Shown here piece after piece: positions 24,420 to 36,317 of a stretch of 64,000 bases of DNA. Numbering within the stretch: position 1 is the first letter of the stretch; every line of letters begins with the position of its first letter. The DNA lies in the NCBI GenBank assembly GCA_050575255.1, contig JBNZDD010013621.1:2119412-2183411 (forward strand), in the 5' to 3' direction. Made by a program: the position numbers and the translations under genes. This DNA comes from Harriotta raleighana (lineage: Eukaryota). The notes under the pieces were generated by a model, which did not search any database, was not told the origin of the DNA, and was given only the letters and a program-made list of their open reading frames with translations.

Positions 24420-26217
24420 TCCGCCACTCACCAATCACCATCTCCTCCCCAAACTTCTGACCCCTACCCATCTCTCCCAAACATTTTTGAACCTGTCTTC
24501 GCCTCCTCTCTCCTCACCACCATATCCAGCATGAAACACACACCACATGCTCCCTTGGCCCCATCACCAGCCTCTCTTTACCACACATCTCCACCTCTTC
24601 GCCCCTCTAATCTTTGACACCATTAATTTCTCTGTATCATCTGGCACCATTCCCATCCCGAGAAAAACAGCTATAATCACCTCCATGCTGAATAACATTC
24701 CCTGGACCCATCCTTGCTTTGCAACTACCAGTCCATCTCCAACCTCGCTTTTCTTTCCAAGATCCTTGACAGAAAGAGTTGTTGCTTGCTCTTTATTCTC
24801 CTAACACTCCCTTCACAAGCCCCTCCAATCAGTTGCTGACATGCTGTTGGAACTCCACCTTATGCTTTGCCCTCCTGACCTTCAAAACCTGCTGCTGACA
24901 ACATGGAAACTATTCTGGTCAATGTAACAATGTAACAAATGACATTGTGTTCATCTGCGACTATGGTTCTCTCTACCTCCTTGTCCTCCTCAACCTCTCT
25001 GCTTCCTTCGATACCTCCACTGCCTCTCCTCTCACCTCAACCTCCAAGATTTTGACCTAGAATAGTTCAGACCTTAACTTCCATACCATCTCCAATTTGT
25101 TTCCACTAATGATTTATCTTCCATTCCTGGAACTGTCTTGTGCAGTGTTCTTCAGTGCTCTGTCCTCAGTCCCCGCCTCTTTAATCGATACACGCTCCCA
25201 CTTGATGACATCATCCACAGACATGGGGTGAATTTCACCCAAATCTATCACCTCCACCCTCAATCCCAAGACATCTGACGTCAGACATCAAGTCATGGAT
25301 GTGAGCCAACCTTCTACAGCTGAATGTCAACCAGACTAAAGCCCTTCTGATTGGTCTCACACTAGTGCCTCCACACATCAGGCCTTGGCAGCATCCTCAT
25401 CCACGGATACAAACTCCACCTCATCAAGCCAGTTAGGAATCTGTGTATCTTATTCAACCCTTAATTATCTTTTCTCCCCCGTATCCGTGCCCTGACCCGT
25501 TCTGCCTTCTCCAACCTCCGCAACTTTGCTCTGACCCGCTCTGCCTTCTCCCACCTCCGCAACATTGCCGAAATCCACCACTGCCTCACCCCTCAGGCCA
25601 CCAAAACCCTCTTACATGCATTCATCACCTCAAGGCCCAACTACAGAAACTCCCTCCTTGTCGGCTTCATCAATTTCCCTGCACAAGCTGCAGATCATCC
25701 AAAACTCTGCAGCTTATCTCCTCTCCCACACCAGACTCTGTGATCCCATCACACCCACATAACTTGTATTTCCTCTAGCTCCACTGGTTCTCCTTCCCTC
25801 AAAAGATAGAATTCAAAATCCTTGTCTTCACTTTCATGGCCTTCCACAGCTTTGCCCCCTCCTATATCTCTGACCTGCTGACCCTCTATCAACCAGTCCG
25901 TGCTCTCCGCTCAGGAGGCTCTGGTGTGCTCCTTGTCTTCTGCCTAATCTGCCCAGCATTGGCATATGGGCTTTCAGCATCTCTGCCCCCACCCACTGGA
26001 ACTCTAATCCCTTTGCCTGGCTCTCTCCCTTGCCTCCTGCAGGGCATAACTCAAGACTCTCCTTTTAAACTGTGCCTTCAGCTGCCCCCTACCTTTCTGC
26101 CCTCCCTCATCCCAACCCTGCCCTCCCATGCTCGGGTCCTGGTCTCCGATTGCTCAGCCTTAGGACGTCCGGCTAATGTGAAAGGCGCTTTACAAATGTA
26201 ATTTTGTTGTTGTTGCA
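24420..26217 (+). mobile_element. Long L2 LINE ORF2 (RT) remnant with 3' tail
   Basis: INFSVSSGTIP, PISNL, ETILVNVT, LLVLLNLSASFDT, LNVNQTKALLIG, HKLQIIQNSAA, IEFKIL in the expected order; type A tail. Confidence 0.93.
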
Positions 26218-26778
26218 TTGAGTGTCCGTTGAGGTACTGATGGTGTCTAACCAGATAAAATAGCTTAACTTGCCAATTTGAGCGCTGTGTAGCATGCTTC
26301 ATGTCTTCCCCAAATGAAGCCATAACAACGTAAGTTGCTTTTGTCTCATTTGCGAGTTTCTCAAAAACCAAGCGGAAACAGGAAATACCAGTAATGTAGC
26401 AGCCGATCCTCTACTACAACAACAACAACAACAACAAAATTATATTTATAGAGCACTTTTCATGTCGGAAGGATGTCCCAAGGCACTGAGAACTTTACTC
26501 AAAGAGGATAAACCTAAAATCAATGTAAAAGCAGATTTCCTGTGGATCACTACATGCATAATTCACTATTTATAAATCTTTCTTTTCAAATCTTGCAAAT
26601 TAAATCCCATTTATATTAATATTATCAAATGGATGGTAAGATAACCATTCAGTTACAAATACATGTACAGCTATTTAACTGGAATGTTTACTAACTATTT
26701 AATGCAAAGATTAAAAACAACAGTGCTTTACCAGTTTTGCATTATGCCACATATGTTTATTTCTGATTCAATATGGAA

Positions 26779-26952
26779 GAAAGCCTCTGTGTATTAAATG
26801 CAACATTAATCTAGTGAAGATCCTGTAGCTCAGTGGTTAGAGCACTAGCCTCGCAAGCAAGAGACNGAAAGCCTCTGTGTATTAAATGCAACATTAATCT
26901 AGTGAAGATCCTGTAGCTCAGTGGTTAGAGCACTAGCCTCGCAAGCAAGAGA
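26779..26952. other. 87-bp duplication either side of a single N (probable assembly artefact)
   Basis: 26779-26865 is repeated from 26867; N at 26866. Confidence 0.85.
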
Positions 26953-26976
26953 TCTTGCAAGCAAGAGACCTTGCAA

Positions 26977-27190
26977 GCAAGAGACCAGCCACTAAGCCCC
27001 GAGGCTCTGGAACTGCCTTCCTCACTCCCCTTACTCTCTTCCCAGTTTCAAGTCCCAGTTAAAGACCTTTCTCTTCGACCGCGCCTTTGAATCCTTGCCC
27101 CTGGCTCGGTCCCGGGATCCGTTGTTGTGAAACGCTCTGAAACACTTTCCGGCGTGGAGGGCGTTATATAAATCGGAGTTGTTGTTGTTG
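26977..27190 (+). mobile_element. L2 LINE 3' end (type B) nested in SINE head
   Basis: FKSQLKTFLFD; tail aacgctctgaaacactttccggcgtggagggcgttatata..(GTT)n. Confidence 0.88.
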
Positions 27191-27253
27191 GATTAGATTC
27201 CCAGTAGGGCAAGAACTTGGGCAAGTTTCCTTGCTCCGGTCAATTCACTTTAC

Positions 27254-27298
27254 AGTGAGTTCTGACAAAAGGTTGTGGACCCAAAACGTTGACTCACT
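27254..27298 (+). ncRNA. Minimal type I hammerhead ribozyme relic (probably inactive)
   Basis: Stem I agtgagtt/gactcact; CTGACAA vs CUGANGA; degenerate stem II; AAAAC-GT-T vs GAAAC-GU-H. Confidence 0.6.
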
Positions 27299-27692
27299 TT
27301 CGTTTTTCCATAGCTCCTGTGGCTCAGTGGTTAGAGCACTCGCCTTACATGCCTTACAAGCATGAGACCTGTGTTCGAATCCAGGCAGATCAGGGCGAAA
27401 CCTTGGGCAAGTTTCCTTACTCCACATGCCTAATAATAATCCCTCCAAAAAAAACACAATAACAAAATTGGTCATTTCAATCCATGACTGTTTGTGGGAC
27501 ACTGCTGTGCGCAATTGGCTGCCGCGTTCCGCCCACAAATATACAGTCAATTCACTTTACAGTATATTCTGTGAAGCGCTTTGGGACGTTGATAAGATGT
27601 GAAAAGTGCTATATCAAATGCAAGGATTATTATTATTATTATTATTGATGCTGCCTGCCCTGCTGAGTTTTCCCAGCAACTTCTGTTTTTGT
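27257..27692 (+). mobile_element. Penelope-like (pLTR-derived) short element, split by a SINE
   Basis: ttctgacaaaaggttgtggacccaaaacgttgac..ccatag / gatgctgcctgccctgctgagttttcccagcaacttctgttttt; flanking ttcactttacagt/ttcacttgacagt duplication. Confidence 0.72.
27314..27646 (+). mobile_element. Young full-length Deu-domain SINE, short subfamily
   Basis: A box tggctcagtgg, B box gttcgaatcc, CpG-retaining core, long clean (TTA)n tail. Confidence 0.95.
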
Positions 27693-28861
27693 TTCACTTG
27701 ACAGTATATTCTGTGAAGCACTTTGAGATGTTTAGAAGACGTGAAAAGCACTATATCAAATGAAAGGATTATTAATAGTATTAATTTCTGGATAGATGGA
27801 GATTATTTTAGAGCTCTCCATTTTGATCATAAATTTTATTTTTTATGGAAATTTGGTTAAATACATTTAATTCTTCACTGTTTCCTGCACATTACAATGA
27901 AATACATAGAACATTAAGCTACAGAAACAGGCTGTTTGGCCTACATGAGCCTCCACCACTCCTAACTACTTCTGTCATGCTTCTCTATCACTTTCTCCAT
28001 CAACATATACAAGGGAGGAAGGAATAGAGAGGTATAGGTACATCAAAGAATTAATCTACTACCTTTATAAATATTCACACTGTACCAGCTTTTTACACAG
28101 TCACTCAAATACATCCACGTTCATTTATAGTGGCATATAGAGAGGCTAAGAAGTATGTTTACTTAATACATTGGTCACACATCAATATTTTTAAATATTG
28201 AAAATATAACGTTCACTTCTCCCATGCTCTGAAACTTGAGAATCCTTTTCCCGTGCAGCAGTTAGATATAGCCAGTTTTCTGTTTAAAAATGGATCAGAT
28301 TTCTGATGATCTGTGGTTCTGAACTGCCAAGTAAATCCAGGAAGCTATAAAATATAGGATGCACATGACAGCCACATGGTGCTGATAGACAGCAGTCTGA
28401 CATGGATCAGTTTAGGATTTCTTGTTTATAACCATTCTGAATAATTTATGAGAGCATCAATGCAAATAATCAACAGTATTTTTTTAAGCATGTGAAAGAA
28501 CATGCATCTGTAATATTGTGCTTTGTTTCACTGTGGGAACATGTTTATCTCCATCTGCCAGCCTCTTGGTCTACTTGGCTCTTAGCCCCTGTTCTTTTCC
28601 ATTTCCTTGACAGCTGTTTCACAAAACTGACCAGACTGTGAACGCATGAATACTGCTCACTTCATATTTCTCTCAAAGTTTTAATTAACAGCAAATCTCT
28701 TTTATGGTATGGATTATGGTTTGCACGCTCACTTGTGATATGAAGTCTGTCTCCTGTCAATCATGAGTTTAAAAAAATCTCTCTTAGCAATATACTTGTA
28801 CAAGTCAAACTCTCCCACAATAATGTTGTGTTGGGACTGCAATTCCTCTTGCTGTGTTGCC

Positions 28862-29222
28862 TCACTTTCAAAGCCCTCCATGGCGTTGCGTCCCCTATGT
28901 CTGTGAACTCCTAACTCCCTACTAACATGCCCACTCCATCCATCCAAGATTCTTTGGCCTGCTTCATGTCCCCTGCCTTCAACCACTCTGCCCCCACCTT
29001 CTGGAACTTCATCCCACAATCCCTCAAACTCATCCCCTCCTTTGACTCCTTCAAGACCAGTCTCAAGACCCTCCTCTTTGGTCACCCTCCTTTCCCCCCT
29101 ACTCCCACCCTCCACACTCCCAATCCTGACCTCCAGCTCAGGTCAGAAATACTGATTGTCCAGTGCATTGGGACGTCCTCCTCATGTGAAAGGCGCTATA
29201 CAAATGTAATTTTGTTGTTGTT
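28862..29222 (+). mobile_element. L2 LINE 3' end (type A)
   Basis: AFNHSAPTFWN..SFKTSLKTLLF; tail with (TTG)n. Confidence 0.88.
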
Positions 29223-29929
29223 TCCTGTCTGCTTTTATTTTTAGACTTTCCAGAATTCGGAATCTCACTAAATGAAATTTGCTAACTGGAGGATGCAATT
29301 AATTAAATGATCCTAATTTGCAAATATTGTCAACTGACCCCACCCATTCACCTATCAAACTGAGCATCTCCTACAAATACACAGTCACTAAATTTAAAAA
29401 AACATCCTTTGAAAGGATGGCAGTACTCCAGTAGTTTAGAGTTTTCTCCCTACAAAATACACAGCCATTGCTTAACATAGTACAGCCTATGAAATGTTTT
29501 GAAACGTCCTCCGAAAATGAATGTCGATATATCAGATACAAAGAATATTATTTGTGTTTCTTTTTGTTTAGTATTCCAAAAGGAATCTTTCCTAGATAGT
29601 GGATAGAAGACTGGACTGAAATTCCTTATGATATAATGGATTGATTAGCTCGTGAAATGGGGGCTGCACTCAGGGTTTCTAGTGGTAGGGGAGAATAGGC
29701 AGATACTGGAGCTGAGTTCTTCCCTAGACAGCATTAGAATATTTTGATGAATTGATAAGGAATAGAAACGTACTTGGTTAACTACATCCAGTGGTGTATA
29801 GGGATGGATTCGGGAATGTTATTTAACCCGTTGTTGCTTATGGCCCATTCAGAAGCCAGATTTCGTCCATCTGAATTCCAGCTTGCCTGATTTTGCTTCC
29901 AGTACCCCACCAAAAGTGGAGTCTATATA

Positions 29930-30125
29930 ATAATCATCATAATAATAATCCTTGAATTTGGTATAGTGCATTTCAAGTCTTCTAGATGTCTCAAAGCACT
30001 GCGCAGAATATACTGAAAAGAGAATTGACTATATTTGTGGGCGAAAAGCAGGAGTCAATCGCACACAGCAGTATTCCACAAACAGTTGTGGATTGAAATG
30101 ACCAATTTAGTTTTTTTTTACTGAT
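29930..30125 (-). mobile_element. Deu-domain SINE, 3' half
   Basis: Reverse tail and core. Confidence 0.85.
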
Positions 30126-30696
30126 TATTATACTATACAGGAAGTATAATAATCCCTTTTGTAACCTTAGTCTATTTATAGTTTTGCAAAGACTGGCATA
30201 CAAGATCTGTAGGACTGTGTACCTACAGATCACAGCGTTTTGAAACATTCTGTTCATAACTACTCTCTTATCATGTGAATTACATGTATTATATGAAATG
30301 AAGAGTGAATTTCTACGTCTGCCACTGTCAGTATTTCTTTAAACTAAGTGAAAGGTAAGACATATACTCCGCACAAGCTTGTTTCACATGAGCTCGTGCA
30401 GAAATGCTGTATTTGATACAATTATCACAAGTGGTAATCATAAGCACAGAAAATGTGCCATTAAAACCTATTCGGAAGGATCTTAATGACAGGTCTGGGA
30501 CTGAACTATCCCTTTCCCCTAGGAGTGACTTCCCACAGCCATACTGAAGATTTAATATCAATGACATGTGTTGTTTTCGCCAAAAGGGCCCATTATTCCC
30601 AACAGTGGGATCAGCAAATTGTGACCAGCTACAAAAACTCCACACTGAATCTCCTCCTGGAGAGTGTTGTAGTTGCAAACATTTATAAATATTTAT

Positions 30697-31710
30697 AAAG
30701 AATGTACAACACTGAAATAGGATACTCGGCCCAACTCAGCCAGTATTTATACTCCACGCAAGACTTCACTCACTCCTTACTCCCTCCCATGCCTTTCTAT
30801 TCCCCTCTTCCTTTTGTGAAGATCTTCCATCCTCTTGAATGCATCTATATAATCTGATTCAATCACCACTTGAGGCAATGAGTTCCAAAACTTCACGACC
30901 CTCTGAGTGAAGTAATTCCTCCTAATTGTGTTTTTAAATCCCCCTAGTTGCTCTCTTACACTTAAGTCCCCTGTTTATGGACTACTCCAAAAATAGAAAT
31001 AACCCATATTTATGTTAGCCTTATGAAAACATTGTATAATGTTGACCATCTCTATCAGGTCCCCTCTTAAATGTCTTTTCTTCAGCGAAAAAAACCTAAC
31101 CTATCGTGTTTATCCTGGCATCATCCTAGTAAACTTACATTGTACTCTTTCCCTCATTGTTGTATCCTTCTTATAATAATAATAATACTTCTTGCATTTA
31201 ATATAGCCCATTTTCACATCTTCTAGACATCTCAAAGCGCTTCACAGAATATACAGTAAAGTGAATTAACTGTATCTTTGTGGGCGAAACGAGACAGCCA
31301 ATTGCGTACAGCACGGTCCCACAAAGAATTGTAGATTGAGTGACCAAATTATTATTGTTGGTTTGAGGGATTATTATTAGGAGTGTGGAGTAAGGAAACG
31401 TGCCCCAGGTTTTGCCCTGCCTGGAATCGAACCCAGGTCTCTTGCTTGAAAAGCGAGTGATCTAACCACTGAGCTACAGGACTCCACTAATAGTGGAGTA
31501 TAGTGTGGAGTTATAGTGTGGAGACCAGAATTGGACACAATGCCCCACATGTGATCTAACCAAGGTTTTGTACAAATTCAACATCACCTCCTCACTTTTA
31601 TATTCTTTTGCTTTGAATATAAAGCTCTGTAAATATAATATAAATATAAATTGAATATAAAGCTCATTGGCCCATGTTATAGCCTTACCTACCTGTGTTT
31701 CTACTTTCAG
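30697..31710 (-). mobile_element. CR1 LINE 3' region interrupted by a SINE
   Basis: EYKSEEVMLNLYKTLVRSHVGHCVQFWSPHY at ~31510-31610; 3' portion 30697-31170. Confidence 0.85.
31172..31485 (-). mobile_element. Full-length Deu-domain SINE, short subfamily
   Basis: Reverse head ctaaccactgagctacaggactcc, B-box ggaatcgaacc, core and tail. Confidence 0.93.
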
Positions 31711-31786
31711 CAAGGTCAGTGCCTTGGAACATCTTCCTGATGTGAAAAGCGCTATGCAAGTATAATTTTGTTGTTGCAGGACTTGA

Positions 31787-32260
31787 ACAACAACAACAAC
31801 AAAATTGCACTTATAAAGCACCTTTCAAATCGGGAGGACGTCCCAAAATGCTGAATAATCAGGTCAGTCCCCTTAAATCTTGAAATAAGGGGAGAGAGGG
31901 AGAGAGGGGGCAAGGTGGAGGGATTGAAGGCGAGTTCCAGAGGTTCAAGGTGTGGTGTTTGAAAGCCCAACCTCTGATGGTGGGGTGGAGGGTTCGAGGA
32001 ACGAACAAGAAGCCGTTGCCAGTCAAGTGGAGTTGCCCGGTAATGGATTGTGAAATGAGAAGGTCACAGAGGTAGGGAGATGTCAGAGAGTGAAGAATTT
32101 GAATACGTGTGTGAGCATCTTGAAGTCGATCCATTTGGTGATGGGGAGCCAATGGAGCCTGGCCAGACTAGTGAGATGTGGGTACGGAATTTGGTCCGGG
32201 TCAATATACGGGCGGCAGAGTTCTGAACAAGCTGGATCTTTTGAATAAGGGAGCTGGGAA
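31787..32260 (-). mobile_element. L2 LINE 3' end (type A)
   Basis: LARLHWLPITKWIDFKMLT, LWNS; (CAA)n tail. Confidence 0.9.
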
Positions 32261-33334
32261 AATGAGTGAGTAGTGTGTTTGATTATTGGCTTTGGACTTG
32301 ATATTGCATCAGGAGGAAATCTCAAGGCACATTATGGCAGTCACTACAATGTGTAGTGACTGTATTTTTCAAGCAAACAGCAGGAAGGGAGAGGTGAGTG
32401 GGAATAGTGCACTGTACAGTCAAAATAAGCTTGAGAATTTACCATATTGAGAGCAATAGTAGGCCAATTAATTTCATTTTAGTAGATCATGAAAATTCTT
32501 CACACTTTAATCCTATTTCACTTCTCTATCTATATGCATCGATACCTTGTCAAAATTTCATAATTTAAACACTTCACTTTATTGAAGACCTTTGGGAGAA
32601 AATTCTTTCTAACTTCTCTCCCCCCCCCCTTCAGGTTTCTGGTTGCACTTAGAACTGTTTTTGCTCTAATATAAAGATGAGGAATCATTCAAATCTTGAC
32701 CTGTGGGTTCCAAATCCAATGCTATTTCCCAGTTTGATAGTATAGTTTATGATTTTGAACCTGGTTTATTTTCAGAATGGATTGATGACAGATGAGTATG
32801 CCAAATTCTGGTATAATAAGCACCGTGTCTGTAAACTAAATTGCACTACTACATGACCTATTTACTTCCTGTAGAGGGAGCTTTACTATTTACACAGCTC
32901 AATGTGGTCCTAGAGTGCCAGAACCCTGGTAATGTATTAATAATCACCCCATGCTTGGGAACCATCTGAGATCAAGAGCCTTTTCACATTCGTAAATCTC
33001 AATATTAGATTAAAATAGTTTGTCAATCTCGGCTTCAAAGGAACCAGAACTGGACATCCAAAATTACTCTTCTTTGGTCAGCCTTGTCTCTTCCTACCTC
33101 TGTGACCTGCTAACCTCTTATCAACTTGAATGTCCGCTCAGCAGACATCAGCCTGCTCCATGTCCCTCGTCCTGTTCACCTCACCATCGGCGGTCGGGAT
33201 TTCACCTTCTCTGCTTGTGTCTAAATCCCTGACCATCCAAAACCTTGGGAAAATCCTCCTAATTTGAATGGCACTATACACAAGTAATAGTGTATTGTAT
33301 TTAGGATTTCATCTGATTATGTGGATAAAAATAC

Positions 33335-33717
33335 AAATTGTTATGCTTGATTTGATATAGCTCCAAGTCATGTCCAAATGTCCTAAAGCATTTCCTGCAT
33401 ACAGACAGTGAGTGCATTGTGTAGTGACTTTTATTTGTAGGCAAACACAAGTCAGTTTGTGCACAGCAGTGTCCCACAAGCAGCCATGAAATGAATGACC
33501 AATTATTTTACCTGTGGGATTATTGGAAACTCTCTTCACTTTGCAAATGATGGAATACTTTAACATCTATCTAAACAAGGGAACTTGGTCTCTGTTCAAT
33601 GTCTTATCCAAAGGATGGTATCCTCTGACAATGCAGTCCTCCCTTCTGCTGACACTCCAAGATATTGGCTCTTACTGACACAAAAGCGAGAGGGCTACCA
33701 ATTGAGCTAGACTGACA
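33335..33717 (-). mobile_element. Older DeuSINE (SacSINE1-like)
   Basis: Reverse Deu core (cacagcagtgtcccacaa), ctgacaatgcag, head caattgagct. Confidence 0.72.
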
Positions 33718-34939
33718 TTTTTCTTCAAAGCATTCATTCGCTTGAATCAGGATTCAATTATTAAGTCATCTTAAATCTCATATAAAAACTGATATTTTGT
33801 ATACTCTTTCAGTTTTATAGAATAAGTTAGTTTTTGGGAGACTTGTTAGAAATGAAGAGGAAACAGCATGTAACGAGGACACTGGTAGGTACAAAACCCA
33901 AGTAAATTTTAATTCAAGTGAAGTTGCTCTACCTTTTCACATAAATGTAAGAATAATGTATGCGCATGACATCGGAAGAATATTTTGACAATATCTGCCT
34001 GCAAATGTTTGTTTACAATGCAGTCCCTACTCTTTGAATATTATGAAGAGCTTTTAGAGATATTCCCTATAGGAAAAGAGCTGCATCAAATGCAAGGGTC
34101 ATTATAATGATCATTATTATTGTTGTTATGCTTTTGATGCTGATTCATCTAATATATGATGTGCTTTATTGCATTTTAATTATTTCTTGAAAACAATCCA
34201 AGATGTGTTCTTACTGTTTGCCAAATGCGACATCTGTAAAAGTGTTTTGTTAGCTATATATACTATGATCCAAGTGAGATTTTCTCTGTTAAGTATTTAT
34301 ATTAATCTGAGACAAATCATCGCAATACTGTAGTTTCATAAAATTTTTAGTGAAGCCCATTTCCACCTTCACCATTTGAGTCAACATCACACATGCAACA
34401 CTAAATATTATCTAGAATAAACACATTTATTTAAAGCTGTGGCTATTCTTGTTTCAATTTTCCTTTGAGGCAGGAATCATTCCAAATTTACAATGTGGGA
34501 ACAATTAACTTTACTCCCAATTACTGTCTATCATATTCTTTGCTGTGGATTGTGAAGACACGAATGGCAATTTAAGACAGGTTAAGATCAGGCATTTCAT
34601 AAATCCCTGCTGTTTTCATTTCTTTTCAATTTATTGTCTTTCCCGAAACTCACATTGTGTGCATTTTTCCAAATTACAGTATCAACAGAAATATTCATGG
34701 TGAGTTTGGTTACAAAATCAGCTTCATAAAAATAGCCTCTGCCAAATTTCAGACTGAGTAGTAGTCATTAATATTAATTCCGCTGACATATAACACTGAA
34801 TCCAGCTGGATTAGTCTGGCCAGTTCTGTCTCAGCATTTGGCCAAGATAGAGTATTAGAAATAATGGAACAAGGAGCTTAATCAATGTGACAAAGGACAA
34901 ATATTCTTCTTTCATTCTTTCATTCATTCATTCAAATTT

Positions 34940-35690
34940 TATTCCTTATTCTCCCTTGTTGTCGGTTATTTTCACCAAAACACTTTTTGTAGCCATGATT
35001 GTTTTAAACTTTCTATCTGCACATAGAATATTTATGGAAGATGAAAGTTAAATTTGTGGTATGTAGTCAATGTTAATACTGCTGAATTTTCTGTGCAGGC
35101 TTTAGAATCGTTGGACTCAGGAATGTGTTGATGCACTTCAGAGAGTTATATGGCGTAGGTGCTTCATGTACTGCCCAAGAACATTCTGAAAAGCAATGGC
35201 TTAGCTTACTGCCTTCTTTGCATTTACGATTTCCATTAGCTTTTGACACCATTTGTCAAGCTGGTTATTCTAACAAAAAACTAGTTGACAGGAATATTTG
35301 AAATAGATGAGACAGAGAATCCAACAGTTCTTTAGAAGGTGCTTTGAGAATGAGTGTTACTGCTATCAGGACTAATAGATGTTTGTTGTGACAGATATTG
35401 AGAATAATTCTGGCTTGCATAGAAAGACGATGTCTGTAACTGCTCTTCCCAACAGTGAAAATGGAATTGGAGGTGATATTTGAAACACACCGCTTGCCTG
35501 TCTGAGAATAATGCAGTTTGAAGATGAATTTAGACTTCTGCCCATGGTAAAAATTATGACAGGTCTGTTCTAATTTGGGATTGATAGAGAGATACGGTCC
35601 ATTACACTTTGGTCAAATCTATACCATTCACTGTTACAGTTTCTGCAGTTTGGATGAATGGCATAACATCTTTCACCAAACTAAACTCAG
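34940..35690 (+). mobile_element. Highly decayed RTE/RTEX-like reverse transcriptase fossil
   Basis: Ordered remnants LLSVIFTK (34956), AGFR (35095), TQECVDALQRVI (35115), AFDTI (35239), RCL*LLF (35428), MQFEDEFRLL (35511), FC..W..QTK (35641) across frameshifts. Confidence 0.6.
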
Positions 35691-35852
35691 GAAAGAATAT
35701 TCAGATAAAAAAGGTCATTTTGAATCCATGGGAACATAGAAATCAAATAGGCCGTTCGTGATATTTTAGTACATTATGCGAATCATTTAAACTAATTTCT
35801 CTGCCTTTTTCCAATATACATTAATATTCTTACTTTTGAAATATCTAACTAT

Positions 35853-36226
35853 TAATAATAATAATCCTTGCATTTGATAAAGCACTTTTTATGTCTGCTA
35901 GACATCTCAAAGCTCTTCACTGAATATACTGTAAAGTGAATTGACTGTACATTTGTGAGCAAAATGTGGCAGCCAATTGCACACCGCAGTGTCCCACAAA
36001 CAGTCGTGGATTCAGACAATCAAATTATTTTTCTTTAGAAGGATTATTATCTCTGGATAATAATCAACTAACCCCTATTCAACTTTCAACCAGGTTCCTA
36101 CTTATTGCTAGGTAAACAGAGGTGTGTGGAGTAAGGAAACTTGCCCAACATTTCACACTGCTCGGAATCAAATCCAGGTCTCTTGCTCGCAAAGAAAATG
36201 TTCTAACCACTGAGCTACGGGACTCC
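35853..36226 (-). mobile_element. Full-length Deu-domain SINE, long subfamily
   Basis: Reverse head, tgctaggtaaaca segment, core and tail. Confidence 0.92.
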
Positions 36227-36317
36227 AGTATCTATTGTTTATTAAATGTTCAATTGCTACTTTGTTTTACACATTAATAATAATAAAAATTACAGAAAAT
36301 TAAATTAGAACGAGACC

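Larger units (their letters stand above)
26902..27783 (+). mobile_element. Host Deu-domain SINE split by nested insertions
   Basis: Head to 26976, resumes ~27190-27256, tail 27693-27783. Confidence 0.8.

Noticed and set aside
26779-26952. 87-bp tandem duplication as a biological event
   Set aside because: Identical copies abut a single N, typical of an unmerged contig overlap.
27314-27385. tRNA genes at SINE heads (also 13135, 31410, 62332)
   Set aside because: A/B boxes run straight into SINE body and tail, and no proper acceptor stem forms.
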